Positions 1-10,419 of a stretch of DNA of 64,000 bases are shown piece by piece. The stretch is from a bacterium (GTDB lineage: Bacteria; SAR324; NAC60-12): positions 416,001 to 480,000 of the forward strand of contig CBDDTI010000747.1 of the NCBI GenBank assembly GCA_965233585.1. The letters are read 5' to 3'. The notes under the pieces are model-generated. The model was not told the origin of the DNA and did no database searches. It saw only the letters and a list, made by a program, of their open reading frames with translations. Made by a program: the position numbers and the translations under genes. Within the stretch, counting starts at the first letter, position 1. Each line of letters begins with the position of its first letter.

Positions 1-39
1 TTCAGCAAGTGTTGATTTTTCAGCAAATCTTAGGAGGGT

Positions 40-1437
40 TTAGTTGGAAAATGAGACAGGTTCTGTGTCTGCAAAATGCAGCAATGCTTTTTTACCCAAA
101 GGCACGACATTAAAACCGATTTGATAAAGTTCTTGTGCATTGAGCAAGTTACGACCATCAAAAATAAAGGCTGGTTGATTCATGGACTGAAACATCTTTT
201 TGTAGTCAAGGTGTTTAAATTCTCGCCAGTCTGTTGCAATGATAATGGCATGTGCTTCTTTTGCCGCTTGGTAGGGGTCAATGCTAAAAGTGACCGGAAT
301 CGGAGCATCAGCAAGGTCTTTTTTTGCATTTTCTAAGGCTTTAGGGTCTGTAATCCTTAACTCTGCTTTTTCCTCTATAAGCTGATGACAAAGAGTAATC
401 GCAGGAGAATCCCTTGTGTCTCCTGTGTTCGCTTTAAATGCAAATCCGAAAATGGCAATCTGTTTACCAACTAATGTGTTGAATTGATACCGCAGAATGC
501 GTTTGAAAAAACGCAAAGTCTGGTAATCGTTCATGTGAACAACATGTGACCAATACTCTGCCACTTCAGGCAATCCATAATACTCACAAAGATAGGCAAG
601 GTGCAGAATGTCTTTGCGGAAGCATGACCCTCCAAAACCTAAACTTGCATTGAGAAAACGTTCCCCTATCCGTTTGTCCATTCCAATCGCTTTGCTCACT
701 TCAGAAATGTCTGCCCCTGTTTGCTCGCAAAGTGCAGAGAGACTATTGATGGAAGAGATGCGTTGAGCCAACATGGCATTTGCAAACAATTTGGAAAGCT
801 CTGAACTCCAGACATTTGTTTGCAATATTTTTTCTCTAGGCACCCATTTGGAATAGATTGAGGTCAACACCTCACTTGCACGAATGCCTTTGTCAGTAGG
901 AGCAGACCCTATCAAAACCCTGTCTGGGTTTTGTAAATCTTGGATTGCTGTGCCTTCTGCCAAGAACTCTGGATTAGAGATGACCTCAAAATGTGTTGCA
1001 GTGCTTCCTGATTTTAAAATGCGTCCCATTGCAGCGGCGGCGCGTACTGGTAAAGTGCTTTTTTCAATCACGATGACATTGGGCTTTCTTGCATATTTCA
1101 AGATGGAACGTGCGGTTTGTTCCCAATACTGCAAATCGGCACTACTTCCTGCACCTTCTCCAAATTGTTTGGTTGGGGTGTTGATTGCGATAAAAATGAT
1201 GTCTGCTTGTGGGATTTCTTCTGCAATGTTGCAGCTAAAAAAAAGATTTCTTCCTCTGACAGTTTCTACAACATCTTGTAAGCCGGGTTCGTAAATTGGC
1301 AAATTGTCAGAGTTCCACTGATCAATACGTTCTTGATTGACATCAACCACCATGACGGTGTCTTGAGGACAATGCAATGCCAATACTGCCATTGTAGGAC
1401 CTCCAACATAACCTGCACCAATACATAAAATGTTCAT
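40..1437 (-). CDS. ugd: UDP-glucose 6-dehydrogenase
   Basis: GAGYVG Rossmann motif, NTPTK, EKST, SNPEFLAEG, catalytic GFGGSCF, FKANTGDTRDSP. Confidence 0.95.
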   Translation of the reverse strand: MNILCIGAGYVGGPTMAVLALHCPQDTVMVVDVNQERIDQWNSDNLPIYEPGLQDVVETVRGRNLFFSCNIAEEIPQADIIFIAINTPTKQFGEGAGSSADLQYWEQTARSILKYARKPNVIVIEKSTLPVRAAAAMGRILKSGSTATHFEVISNPEFLAEGTAIQDLQNPDRVLIGSAPTDKGIRASEVLTSIYSKWVPREKILQTNVWSSELSKLFANAMLAQRISSINSLSALCEQTGADISEVSKAIGMDKRIGERFLNASLGFGGSCFRKDILHLAYLCEYYGLPEVAEYWSHVVHMNDYQTLRFFKRILRYQFNTLVGKQIAIFGFAFKANTGDTRDSPAITLCHQLIEEKAELRITDPKALENAKKDLADAPIPVTFSIDPYQAAKEAHAIIIATDWREFKHLDYKKMFQSMNQPAFIFDGRNLLNAQELYQIGFNVVPLGKKALLHFADTEPVSFSN

Positions 1438-1464
1438 AAGAAATAAGAATAAAAATAGCTTGGG

Positions 1465-2175
1465 TCAGCTTGACGTCTGATGGTTTTGAATGAGTTTTTG
1501 AATTTGTTCAGAGGCTTGTTGAGCCAGTGTTTCAGATTCTGACTCAACAGAAAGTCTCACAAGCTGACCTCGTTCATCGCGGCTGGGATACGAACCAATT
1601 TTGACATCTGGAAAGGCTTGTGCGATTTGTTGAAGACCAAATGCAAGCTCACTTTCTTCAATATAAACGGAGTCTTCCCAGTACGCTATTGGTTGTGAGG
1701 CAAAAAAATGAGCAATCGCTTCAAAACGTTTCTTTAAAAACCCGGGAGACCCCGGCATGATAAAGACGTTGCAGACCTGAAGTTGTGGAAAGCTTGGGGC
1801 TTCTAACAAAGTGGCATGTTGCGGAACACGTGACATACGTCTGATGCCTTCATTCGCTTTGCCATACATTGTGCAAAGATCTTGATACACACGTTCTGAA
1901 TGTATGATTTGGTCATCAAAGGCTTCAGCAACTGCCTCTATGGTCACGTCATCATGGGTTGGACCTAAACCCCCAACTGTCATCACAAAATCAAATTTTT
2001 TTGCAAAGACTTTGACTGTGGCTACAATCTCTTTGATGTCATCGGGGAGGATAGTGACCAAAGAGGCAGGCGAGCCAAGTTGCCAAAGTCTTTCACACAA
2101 AAACCCTGTATTGATGTCTTTGATTCTTCCTGAAAGAAGCTCATCTCCAATTAAAATAATCCCAACAGAACTCAT
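1465..2175 (-). CDS. CinA-like molybdopterin-binding domain protein
   Basis: IGDELLSG..D.N, GGLGPTHDDVT, MPGSP, IGSYP. Confidence 0.88.
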   Translation of the reverse strand: MSSVGIILIGDELLSGRIKDINTGFLCERLWQLGSPASLVTILPDDIKEIVATVKVFAKKFDFVMTVGGLGPTHDDVTIEAVAEAFDDQIIHSERVYQDLCTMYGKANEGIRRMSRVPQHATLLEAPSFPQLQVCNVFIMPGSPGFLKKRFEAIAHFFASQPIAYWEDSVYIEESELAFGLQQIAQAFPDVKIGSYPSRDERGQLVRLSVESESETLAQQASEQIQKLIQNHQTSS

Positions 2176-2246
2176 GGAAGCATGATCCTTATTAAACTTT
2201 CAAATGAGACAAGAATATAAGGATTGCACAGTATTGTCAATGCAAT

Positions 2247-2825
2247 CTACTTGGAGCGGGTCAGTGGGTCAAAAACCTTGATGGTGGTGCAGCGGTTTTG
2301 TAGTTTTTTGATGAGCTTTTGGTCTGAACTCACAATCAAGGCGTGTTTGGCATCTTTCCAAACTTTCAAATCTACATGTGAGTTTCCGATATAATCAAAC
2401 CCTTGTTTACCAAACTTTGCAACGAGCTGGGAACACTTATCATCTCCAATATTGTTTTTTGTATAAGTTCCCCATACTTCATGGAACAATCCCAAATAAT
2501 CAGCAACTTTGACGGCATGATGTTGCACTGATCCTGTTGCTAAAATGAGATAATCGCCGTTGTCCTTGCATTCTTTCAAATATTGCACAACAGCATCATG
2601 GTATGGCAAAGTGCTGGCATCTAGCCCCACACTTTGAGCTATTGCAAATTTGGCAAAGGGTCTGCCTTTTAAGAACCAGATTGCGACTAAAAATGAATAA
2701 AATATATTTTTTTTGATAATTTGAAGTAAACTTTGTAAGAATAAATCACCTTGAATGAGTGTTCCGTCAAGGTCAACAGCAAGAACTCGCTGTTTTTTCA
2801 ATGTGTCTTGTTCTGTTTCTCCCAT
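2247..2825 (-). CDS. HAD-superfamily hydrolase resembling the N-terminal domain of HAD-UbiA fusion proteins
   Basis: AVDLDGTL, LATGS, FDYIGNSHVD. Confidence 0.8.
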   Translation of the reverse strand: MGETEQDTLKKQRVLAVDLDGTLIQGDLFLQSLLQIIKKNIFYSFLVAIWFLKGRPFAKFAIAQSVGLDASTLPYHDAVVQYLKECKDNGDYLILATGSVQHHAVKVADYLGLFHEVWGTYTKNNIGDDKCSQLVAKFGKQGFDYIGNSHVDLKVWKDAKHALIVSSDQKLIKKLQNRCTTIKVFDPLTRSK

Positions 2826-3388
2826 GCTAACAGCTTTTGTTTGTGATGAGAGCCGTAGCGATATTTACCAACATTCCCGTTGTTATACACTACACGATGA
2901 CAAGGCACGAAACCTCCTAATAGGTTTCGTCCTACTGCACCCCCCACGGCTCTTACAAAATTCTGAGGGTTTGATGGGTCAACCATTTGGGACAATTCAA
3001 GATAACTAACAGTTTCACCATAAGGAATTTGTAAAAGTGCTTGCCAAACTTTTTTATCAAATGACGAACCTTGAACCAAACCTTGCCATGAAAAGTCAGA
3101 TGTACCGAAAAATGACTCCACTGCTTGGTTGATCTTTTGAGTGTTTTTTTCATACTCGCTAATTTGCCATTGTTTGGTCAATTCCTCAAGATAGACTTGT
3201 TCTTGATACGAAGAATCTACAAATGCGACTTGACACAAAGCATCATGCCATAATGCAACAAAGCAAAGTCCAACAGGGCATGAGACAGTCGCGTACTCCA
3301 AAGGAAGCTGAAGATGATCTTCAAATTGTTGTTGAGAAACGTCCGATAGTTTCCCTTCCTTGATCCAGTACTGTGATTTGGTATTCAT
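2798..3388 (-). CDS. ogt: Methylated-DNA-[protein]-cysteine S-methyltransferase
   Basis: IPYGETVSY, RAVGGA, active site PCHRV; start placed at ATG 3388 (MNTKSQ). Confidence 0.9.
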   Translation of the reverse strand: MNTKSQYWIKEGKLSDVSQQQFEDHLQLPLEYATVSCPVGLCFVALWHDALCQVAFVDSSYQEQVYLEELTKQWQISEYEKNTQKINQAVESFFGTSDFSWQGLVQGSSFDKKVWQALLQIPYGETVSYLELSQMVDPSNPQNFVRAVGGAVGRNLLGGFVPCHRVVYNNGNVGKYRYGSHHKQKLLAWEKQNKTH

Positions 3389-3460
3389 TGTAAAAGGTAT
3401 AGATAAAAATGTAAGAAAATTGACAACGATAGAAACTATCGCTGTCAAGCCAGAGTCAAT

Positions 3461-4582
3461 TTAAGAGATTGGATGGGGAGCTTTGATTTGTTTCATCAAG
3501 TCATCATTCCATTCGCCCTCCACTTGGATATGAGAAGCAGCACCGAGCAAGAAAGCCTCAATCAGGTTATGAGACAAATAAGCGTAAAGTCCGGGCTGTT
3601 TAAACTGGTATGTAAAAGCAGCTGCAGAACCTGCAGCAATCACCCAAGATTCCAAATCGGTTGCAGGAACGTCATTAAAACTCCCACGTTCCCAAACATA
3701 ATCGCCATGCCCACCAATCAAATGTGGGTAAGACTGACGATTTGCTTGAGTGTGAACAAACAAGACAGTTTCACCAACCCTTGCTTTCATAGCGTTGTCT
3801 CCTGTCAACGCTCCCATTTTTCCACCAAATGGAATATGTGTAGGAATCAAGGTTTTCATCGCTTCTATATCATCAGCAGTGGAGCTGATAGAATCGGAAT
3901 AACGTTTGTAATTCCCGTTTTTGTCTTTGGGCAAGTAGTAGTCTTGTTCGCCAATATAGTAAGCACGGTCGTAGCGGATTGGTTTGCCTTGACCATCTTT
4001 CAAGCCATCTCTGGGCAAAATCATCACAGCGCCATTCATACCATGCGTCACATGCCAAGGCACCATCGCACCACCCGGAGCGCAGTGATAAACAAATGTC
4101 CCTGCTTTAATTGCCTTCCATCTTAAAATCACCTGCTCACCGGGGTTGACCAACGTGAGTTCACCGCCGCCTAAAGCACCTGTTGAGGCATGAAAGTCAA
4201 CATTGTGTGGCAACTTGTTTGTTGAAGGGTTGACCAAAGTCAGCTCAATGTAGTCACCTTCATGTGCAACAACTATTGGACCTGGAACTGACCCGTTGTA
4301 GGTGAAAGCCCAAATGAAGGCACCAGGAGCAACCTCTATCTCCTTTTCTTCTATCACAAACTCAATTTCTACGACCTTAGGTCTGCTGCTAGCTACCTGA
4401 CGATGTTCAGGCAAAAATGGAGGCTCTACCAGTTTTTGCTTCACACGTTGTAAGCCTTTCACACTTTCTGCTGATGCTTGTTGAAAGGCAGAAACGCCAA
4501 GTGCTGTTGCCGCTGCAGTAGCCGCGGTAGCTTTAATGAAACCACGACGATCCAAACCTTCTGGATTGACTTGTTCTGTCAT
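3461..4582 (-). CDS. nirK: Copper-containing nitrite reductase with Tat signal
   Basis: DRRGFIK Tat motif, HNVDFHA, YHCAP...[15 protein letters not shown]. Confidence 0.95.
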   Translation of the reverse strand: MTEQVNPEGLDRRGFIKATAATAAATALGVSAFQQASAESVKGLQRVKQKLVEPPFLPEHRQVASSRPKVVEIEFVIEEKEIEVAPGAFIWAFTYNGSVPGPIVVAHEGDYIELTLVNPSTNKLPHNVDFHASTGALGGGELTLVNPGEQVILRWKAIKAGTFVYHCAPGGAMVPWHVTHGMNGAVMILPRDGLKDGQGKPIRYDRAYYIGEQDYYLPKDKNGNYKRYSDSISSTADDIEAMKTLIPTHIPFGGKMGALTGDNAMKARVGETVLFVHTQANRQSYPHLIGGHGDYVWERGSFNDVPATDLESWVIAAGSAAAFTYQFKQPGLYAYLSHNLIEAFLLGAASHIQVEGEWNDDLMKQIKAPHPIS

Positions 4583-4989
4583 TTTATTTCTCCAATAAAA
4601 AATATATTACAAAATTACCAAAAAATTGCATTTTATTTCGTTTTTTACAAAATGCAGTTTTCCAGTTAGATAAGACACAAATCTATCATACCTCAAAAAA
4701 GTTCTTGACACAAGATATTTTTTAATAAATCATATTTATATTACATTTGACGGGACAGACTTCAAGAAATGTAGGAGTTCAAAAAGAGTCATGCTAGTTC
4801 AGTAGTGCTGATAAAAGGCATTTGAATTGATGGCTTTAGAATGGTTTTGAAAAAATATCTTTGAATTTTTAAAGCTTAGAGTAGAAGTCAGGAATCCAAA
4901 TGTTTGCAGAATTTGAAGATAAATTGAGGGAGTAGTCAATATGATGACCACTTACAAAACTGTCAAAAAAATAATAAATTTTGAAAAAC

Positions 4990-5011
4990 TATTGTTGTCT
5001 ATGCAGCAATA
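4990..5011. promoter_or_regulatory. Palindromic operator candidate upstream of YceI-like copy 1
   Basis: TATTGTTG-tctatg-CAGCAATA imperfect inverted repeat. Confidence 0.55.
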
Positions 5012-5080
5012 CTTGTTTTAACTGAGTTGTGGATTATGACTACAACTTAATTTTTTTAATCTATACTGTATGGAGTTACT

Positions 5081-5719
5081 ATGAAAAAACAAATCAAAGC
5101 CGTTGCCAGAGGGTTGTCAATCACAATCGCATTGGGATTATTAAGTCCGTCTGTCCGGGCAGAAGAAAAACTTGACAAATTACCTCTTTCTGAAGTCCTT
5201 TCAGAACAAGATCAACATTCTGTCGCCTACCGTGTCAAAAAAGTCTATTTTGGGGTGAGAGAGGTCATTGTGGTTGGCAAAAGTAACTCTTTCAAAACGA
5301 GTTTGGAGAAGAAAGGAGACAAAGCAAGAGTGGTAGTATCAGTGCCTTGGACTTCGCTTGATTCACAATCTCGAAACAGAGATGAAACCGTTGCAGAATA
5401 CATGGGGTCAGAATATCCCCAAATTGTCTTCACCAGTGGTTGGACTCCTATTGAAGACATCAAGCAGGGGAGAACTTCTGACCGCTTGAAAATCAAAGGA
5501 ACTCTTGCGATTTCAGGAAGCTCTGAACCAGTGGAAGCCTCTGCTGTTGTCAAACAAGGAACAAACGACTTTGTTGTTGAAACAACTTTGTACACAACAT
5601 TCTCTGACATTAAAGTCAAAACTCCTAATGCTGGTGCGGCTTCAATCAAAGATGACCTGCATATGTACGGTCGCTTTCAAGTCAGTCAAGTTGAAGGGCT
5701 TGAAGCGATACTACAATAA
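5081..5719 (+). CDS. Secreted YceI-like protein, tandem copy 1
   Basis: Signal peptide ending VRA; SLDSQSRNRD...YPQIVF...KGTLAISG pattern of YceI barrels. Confidence 0.7.
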   Translation: MKKQIKAVARGLSITIALGLLSPSVRAEEKLDKLPLSEVLSEQDQHSVAYRVKKVYFGVREVIVVGKSNSFKTSLEKKGDKARVVVSVPWTSLDSQSRNRDETVAEYMGSEYPQIVFTSGWTPIEDIKQGRTSDRLKIKGTLAISGSSEPVEASAVVKQGTNDFVVETTLYTTFSDIKVKTPNAGAASIKDDLHMYGRFQVSQVEGLEAILQ

Positions 5720-5780
5720 TTGAATACTACAATAATTGTAGTGTGTCTTTGCAGGAGCGATGTGATAGCTGAATGATGAT

Positions 5781-5849
5781 ATGTATCCATTAGAACGCAT
5801 CATAGGTTGGAATGTTGAACATACGTCTAACAAAAATAATAAATTTTGA
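5781..5849 (+). pseudogene. Duplicated 5' stub of the MarR-glutathione synthetase gene (duplication junction)
   Basis: MYPLERIIGWNVEHTS matches MYPLKHLIGWNVEHTS at 6627, then runs into the copy-2 promoter. Confidence 0.8.
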
Positions 5850-5879
5850 CAAAGTATTGTTGTCTGTGCAACAATACTT
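5846..5879 (+). promoter_or_regulatory. TTGACA -35 followed by a perfect 11-6-11 palindrome, probable MarR operator
   Basis: TTGACA 5846-5851; AAGTATTGTTG-tctgtg-CAACAATACTT 5852-5879. Confidence 0.65.
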
Positions 5880-5944
5880 GTTTTAACCGAGTTGTGGATT
5901 ATGACTACAACTTAATTTTTTAATCTATACTGTATGGAGTTACC

Positions 5945-6583
5945 ATGAAAAAACAAATCAAAGCCGTTGCCAAAGGATTGTCAATGACAATCGCATTGGG
6001 ATTATTAAGTCAGTCTGTCTGGGCAGAAGATGAACTTGACAAATTGCCTCTTTCTGAAGTCCTTTCAGAACAAGACCAACATTCTGTCGCCTACCGTGTC
6101 AAAAAAATCTTGTTTGGAGTGAAAAAGGTCATTGTGGTTGGCAAAAGTAATTCTTTTAAAACGAGCTTGGAGAAGAAAGGAGATCAAGCAAGGGTGGTGG
6201 TGTCAGTGCCTTGGACTTCATTTGACTCACAAGACCAAGACAGAGATGAAAGTGTTGCAGAACACATGGGGTCAGAATATCCCAAAATTGTTTTCACCAG
6301 TGATTGGACCCCTATTGAAGAAATTAAGCAGGCGAGAACTTCTGATTCCTTAAAAGTCAAGGGAAACCTTGCGGCTTCAGGAAGTTCTGAACCAGTGGAG
6401 GCTTCTGCCGTTGTGAAACAAGGAGCTAGCGATTTTGTTGTTGAAACAACTTTATACACAACATTCTCTCATATTAAAGTCAAAGCTCCTAGTGGTGGTG
6501 TGGCGTCAATTAAAGATGACCTCCACATCTACGGTCGTTTTCAGGTCAGCCAAGTTGAAGGGCTTGAGGCAATACTACAATAA
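5945..6583 (+). CDS. Secreted YceI-like protein, tandem copy 2
   Basis: Same length (212 aa) and highly similar to copy 1, offset 864 bp. Confidence 0.7.
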   Translation: MKKQIKAVAKGLSMTIALGLLSQSVWAEDELDKLPLSEVLSEQDQHSVAYRVKKILFGVKKVIVVGKSNSFKTSLEKKGDQARVVVSVPWTSFDSQDQDRDESVAEHMGSEYPKIVFTSDWTPIEEIKQARTSDSLKVKGNLAASGSSEPVEASAVVKQGASDFVVETTLYTTFSHIKVKAPSGGVASIKDDLHIYGRFQVSQVEGLEAILQ

Positions 6584-6626
6584 TTGTAGTGTTTCTTTGC
6601 AGGAGTGATGCGATAGCTGAATCAAC

Positions 6627-8396
6627 ATGTATCCATTAAAACATCTCATCGGTTGGAATGTTGAACACACGTCTAAAATTTTACGTAGAGAACTACTGAC
6701 AGTTCTCAAACAATATGGCATCTCTCCTGAACAGTGGCAGGTCATGTTTCACCTTTGGTTTAGTGGAAGCTCACTACATCAAAAAGACCTTGCGTTGTTG
6801 ACATCACAAGGTAAATCTAGCATCTCACGTATCATCTTAAAGCTGGAACGTAAAGGTTGGATTCACAAAGAAACAGACCCAGATGACGTTCGTGCCACAG
6901 TCATTTATCCAACTGACCTGAGTCTTCAGTTTAAACATGTCATTTCTCACCAAGTCTCACAGCATTTTGAAAAAATCTTAAAAAATTGGTCTTCTGTTGA
7001 AAATCAATCTCTGATTTTGTTACTCAAGAAGTTGAGACAACTTTGCCTTGACCTTCCAGAACATCAAATTCTTGCTCCTGATTCAAAATTAAGCAGTGAA
7101 GAATTAGCTGATCGCATCAAAGAATCAGCATCGGCTCATGGGCTGTTTGTGAGACAGCAAGATGATGTTCCTATCATCGCTCCTCTTTCGCTTGACCCTT
7201 ATCCCATTACCAAAGAACATTTTGACCAAATTCAAGAAGCGACTTTGATTTATAATGAATTGATGATGAAAGTCTCTCATCAGTTTTCTTGGTTAGAGAC
7301 AGTTGCTTCAAACGTTGCAGAGGCTGATGATTTTACAAAAAATTTATTAGAGATTGCACGTGAGCAACAAAATCACAAACGATTGCTGATTGGACGCAAC
7401 GATTTTTTGTTTCCCCATAATGAGTCACCTAAACAGGTAGAATATAACACCATTTCTTCCAGCTTTTTGTCGTTGGCTCAAAAAGTCTTTGTCACACACC
7501 AAAATAGTGATTTTCAAAACTCACTTCATTCAAAACTAATTCCTAATGATTCTTTGCACGAAGCCTCTCAACTCATAAAAAACGTCTTATGTTCCTGTCC
7601 AAATTCCATTGCATTAATGGTGGTTCAGCCAAATGAGTTAAACGTATTTGACCAATTTGGCTTACTCCATGAGCTAAGAGTTCATCGTATTTTGATGAAA
7701 CGTGTGACTTTTGAAGATTTATTTCAACATGCAAAAGTCGTTGGAAAAGAATTGTATTACCAAGATTCCCTAGTTTCATTGGTGTATTGGCGTACAGGGT
7801 ACCGCCCTGAAGATTATGCTTCTTATCAAGCATGGGAGATGAGGATGCTGATGGAAAGGGCTGATACTTTTCATTGCCCCGATGCTACTCTTCAGCTAGC
7901 AGGCATGAAATCTGTACAACAAGAACTGACCAATCCTGAAGCTCTTCAGCTTTTCTTAAATTCTCAACAAATTCAAAAACTTAAAAAATGCTACGTTGCT
8001 TTACGAAAATGGGGCAAGGACATCGCACAACAAGTCTTGCAAAATCCTGATGGCTATGTGCTGAAGCCCCAAAGAGAGGGAGGGGGGAACAATTTTTTTG
8101 GGCAAGAGATTGTCAAAGCAGTCTCCTCTTTTTCTCAAAAAGAATTAGAGGCTCATATTGTCATGGAATACATTCCTGCACAAAGGCATGATGCAAGACT
8201 TTTGGTCAATGAAAGTTTAACTTGTGAAAAGTGTGTGACAGAAGTTGGAATTTATGGGGGTGCAGTCTGGCAAGATGGTAAGATTCAGAAGAACACAAAT
8301 TTAGGATACCTTGCACGAACCAAACTTGCTTCAGAAAACGAAGGAGGAGTTTGTGCAGGGTATGCCTGTTTAAATTCTCTTTATTCTTCTTTTTGA
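6627..8396 (+). CDS. MarR-family HTH fused to eukaryotic-type glutathione synthetase
   Basis: N-term ISPEQWQVM...SISRIILKLERKGWI..DPDDVRA (MarR); C-term GRNDF, QVEYNTISSSF, YWRTGY.P, LKPQREGGGNN, EGGVCAG. Confidence 0.88.
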   Translation: MYPLKHLIGWNVEHTSKILRRELLTVLKQYGISPEQWQVMFHLWFSGSSLHQKDLALLTSQGKSSISRIILKLERKGWIHKETDPDDVRATVIYPTDLSLQFKHVISHQVSQHFEKILKNWSSVENQSLILLLKKLRQLCLDLPEHQILAPDSKLSSEELADRIKESASAHGLFVRQQDDVPIIAPLSLDPYPITKEHFDQIQEATLIYNELMMKVSHQFSWLETVASNVAEADDFTKNLLEIAREQQNHKRLLIGRNDFLFPHNESPKQVEYNTISSSFLSLAQKVFVTHQNSDFQNSLHSKLIPNDSLHEASQLIKNVLCSCPNSIALMVVQPNELNVFDQFGLLHELRVHRILMKRVTFEDLFQHAKVVGKELYYQDSLVSLVYWRTGYRPEDYASYQAWEMRMLMERADTFHCPDATLQLAGMKSVQQELTNPEALQLFLNSQQIQKLKKCYVALRKWGKDIAQQVLQNPDGYVLKPQREGGGNNFFGQEIVKAVSSFSQKELEAHIVMEYIPAQRHDARLLVNESLTCEKCVTEVGIYGGAVWQDGKIQKNTNLGYLARTKLASENEGGVCAGYACLNSLYSSF

Positions 8397-8740
8397 TCCA
8401 TTTTTTCAATGACAATTTTAGAACCAGTTGTTTTGATTTTAATAGGATCATTAATATCCCAACCTAATTGAGTAAAAAATTGTTGTGGAATGACAATTTT
8501 TTTAGAGACCCCTCCACGACCTGATGCCTGAATGTAAGTTTCACGCTCTTTAGCCTTGGAACCTGACAGACGAGAACTAAAAACAGGAATGGACAGACCA
8601 AGCATTGATGATGCTTTGATAAGTCTTGAGTTAAACGTTGCTAAATTCATTTTTAAATGACTAGCCGTTGCGTTAAGAGTTAAACTTTTAGAAAGAGTTT
8701 TAACTTGTGCAAAAAATTGCTTTGCTTCTTCTACATTCAT
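8381..8740 (-). CDS. Small protein with C-terminal AbrB/MazE-like swapped-hairpin domain
   Basis: KIVIPQQFFTQLGWDINDPIKIKTTGSKIVIEK; start overlaps the lnt stop. Confidence 0.55.
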   Translation of the reverse strand: MNVEEAKQFFAQVKTLSKSLTLNATASHLKMNLATFNSRLIKASSMLGLSIPVFSSRLSGSKAKERETYIQASGRGGVSKKIVIPQQFFTQLGWDINDPIKIKTTGSKIVIEKMDQKEE

Positions 8741-10419
8741 AGCATTGATCCTTTTCTATGTGGGTTAAAATTAAAATGCAAAATTCTATCTTTCCATAAA
8801 AACAATGTCAATACCATACATATAAAAAATAAAAAATATCCCAAGCTGTTTTTAAATTCTCTATAAAATGAGAATCGTTTGCTTAGTTTGACTGTATGTG
8901 TGAAAGCCCCTTCTTGAAATAAACCTAAGACTCTCCCCTCTACTTTTCCTAATAAATTCACAAACTTGGTCTCCCCATTATTTGAGGCATATAGAAATGG
9001 GACACGTGTTTCAATGGCATTCCAGCGAATCATATTTTCTAACATATCAGAGGCGTTGGTTCTTCCAAACCATGCAAGGTTACTCAGATTCACTATGAAT
9101 TGAGTCCCGTTTTGAACCATCTGTCTTGGGATTTCAGGGTCAAACATATCAAAACAAATTGTTCCTGTCAGTTGAAGATTTTCTGAAATTTTAAAAACAG
9201 AATACTCTTGACCTGCTTCAAATTGACTCACTTGAGGAATCACTCTTTTCACAAAACGACCAAACCAAGGAGCAACATCGGCAAATGGAATGTATTCACC
9301 AAATGGGATTAAAAGAATTTTGTCATACTTTCCTATGACCTCTCCATCAGGATTGAGCAACAAGGACGAACTATAATACTTTCTTTCTCCTTCAATTAAA
9401 TCCCAACCTATTGTTGTCAGTAGCAAATAAACATTTGCATTTTGAACAAAAGACTTGACAATCTCCCGTGCCTTTTGGTTGTGAAAATAAGCAGATGAGA
9501 AGGTTGATTCAGGCCAGACGACAAGAGAAGGTACACTAGAGGAAGGTGACTTTTCTAACTCTTTGATAGAATCATCAATGAGTCCAGAAATATTATAGGC
9601 TCTTTTGGAAAATGTAAGGTCTGGGTTGGAGGCTAAGTTAGCAAGTGAAAAGTTAGGTTGTATCGTCACAACTTGTAAAGGTTGCCCCTGATTGAGTGTG
9701 GGTTTTAAATCAAATTCTCTCCAAAATCCATAAGAAAACGTCATCAAAAACATCAAAACGTAGATGCAAGTGAATTTTTTGAGCAAAGCAAATGGTTGTG
9801 TCAAATTGACTTGGGTAGAATTGCTTTGACACTCAAAAGAACGCCATAAACCTAAAAGTAAAAAATTTGAACCTATGACAAAGAATCCCAACCCTGTTGC
9901 CCCAATGAGGTCTGCCGCTTGCGATAAAAATGGAGTCTGCCTAAAGGTCATAGAACCAAAAGACCAGTGAAAAAATCTGGGGTATTGAGCATCAAAAAAT
10001 AATGCTAAAAAAATCCTAAATGGTAAATCTGCAACCAATGGTTGACGAATCAAAAAACAGGGGAGGACAAAGCAAACAAAAAGAATCCCGCCTAATTCCA
10101 AGCCGTATCCAAAACCATTGATTGCCAATGCAATCCAATAAGGGAGATGACCGAAGACCTCCAAACTATGTGCAATCCAAGGCGCACCAAGCACAGAAGC
10201 AACCGAAGCCGTCAACCAACAACAAAGCAAACTGGTTGCAACTTTTTTAAGGAAGGAATGCTGAAGAGCCTGTAAACGGTCTATCAGCACCAATAAGGGG
10301 AATAACCCAACAAGCCAAAGATATTGGTAGTACAGGTATTGAGTTGCAACTCCAAGCATCACTCCTGAAGTTGCAATGCACAGAAGCCAAGAGGCTGGGT
10401 TATTGAAGTGTTTGCCCAT
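8737..10419 (-). CDS. lnt: Apolipoprotein N-acyltransferase
   Basis: Multiple TM helices, QPN, VWPES, YDKILLIPFGEYIP, ICFD, NLAWFG. Confidence 0.92.
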   Translation of the reverse strand: MGKHFNNPASWLLCIATSGVMLGVATQYLYYQYLWLVGLFPLLVLIDRLQALQHSFLKKVATSLLCCWLTASVASVLGAPWIAHSLEVFGHLPYWIALAINGFGYGLELGGILFVCFVLPCFLIRQPLVADLPFRIFLALFFDAQYPRFFHWSFGSMTFRQTPFLSQAADLIGATGLGFFVIGSNFLLLGLWRSFECQSNSTQVNLTQPFALLKKFTCIYVLMFLMTFSYGFWREFDLKPTLNQGQPLQVVTIQPNFSLANLASNPDLTFSKRAYNISGLIDDSIKELEKSPSSSVPSLVVWPESTFSSAYFHNQKAREIVKSFVQNANVYLLLTTIGWDLIEGERKYYSSSLLLNPDGEVIGKYDKILLIPFGEYIPFADVAPWFGRFVKRVIPQVSQFEAGQEYSVFKISENLQLTGTICFDMFDPEIPRQMVQNGTQFIVNLSNLAWFGRTNASDMLENMIRWNAIETRVPFLYASNNGETKFVNLLGKVEGRVLGLFQEGAFTHTVKLSKRFSFYREFKNSLGYFLFFICMVLTLFLWKDRILHFNFNPHRKGSML

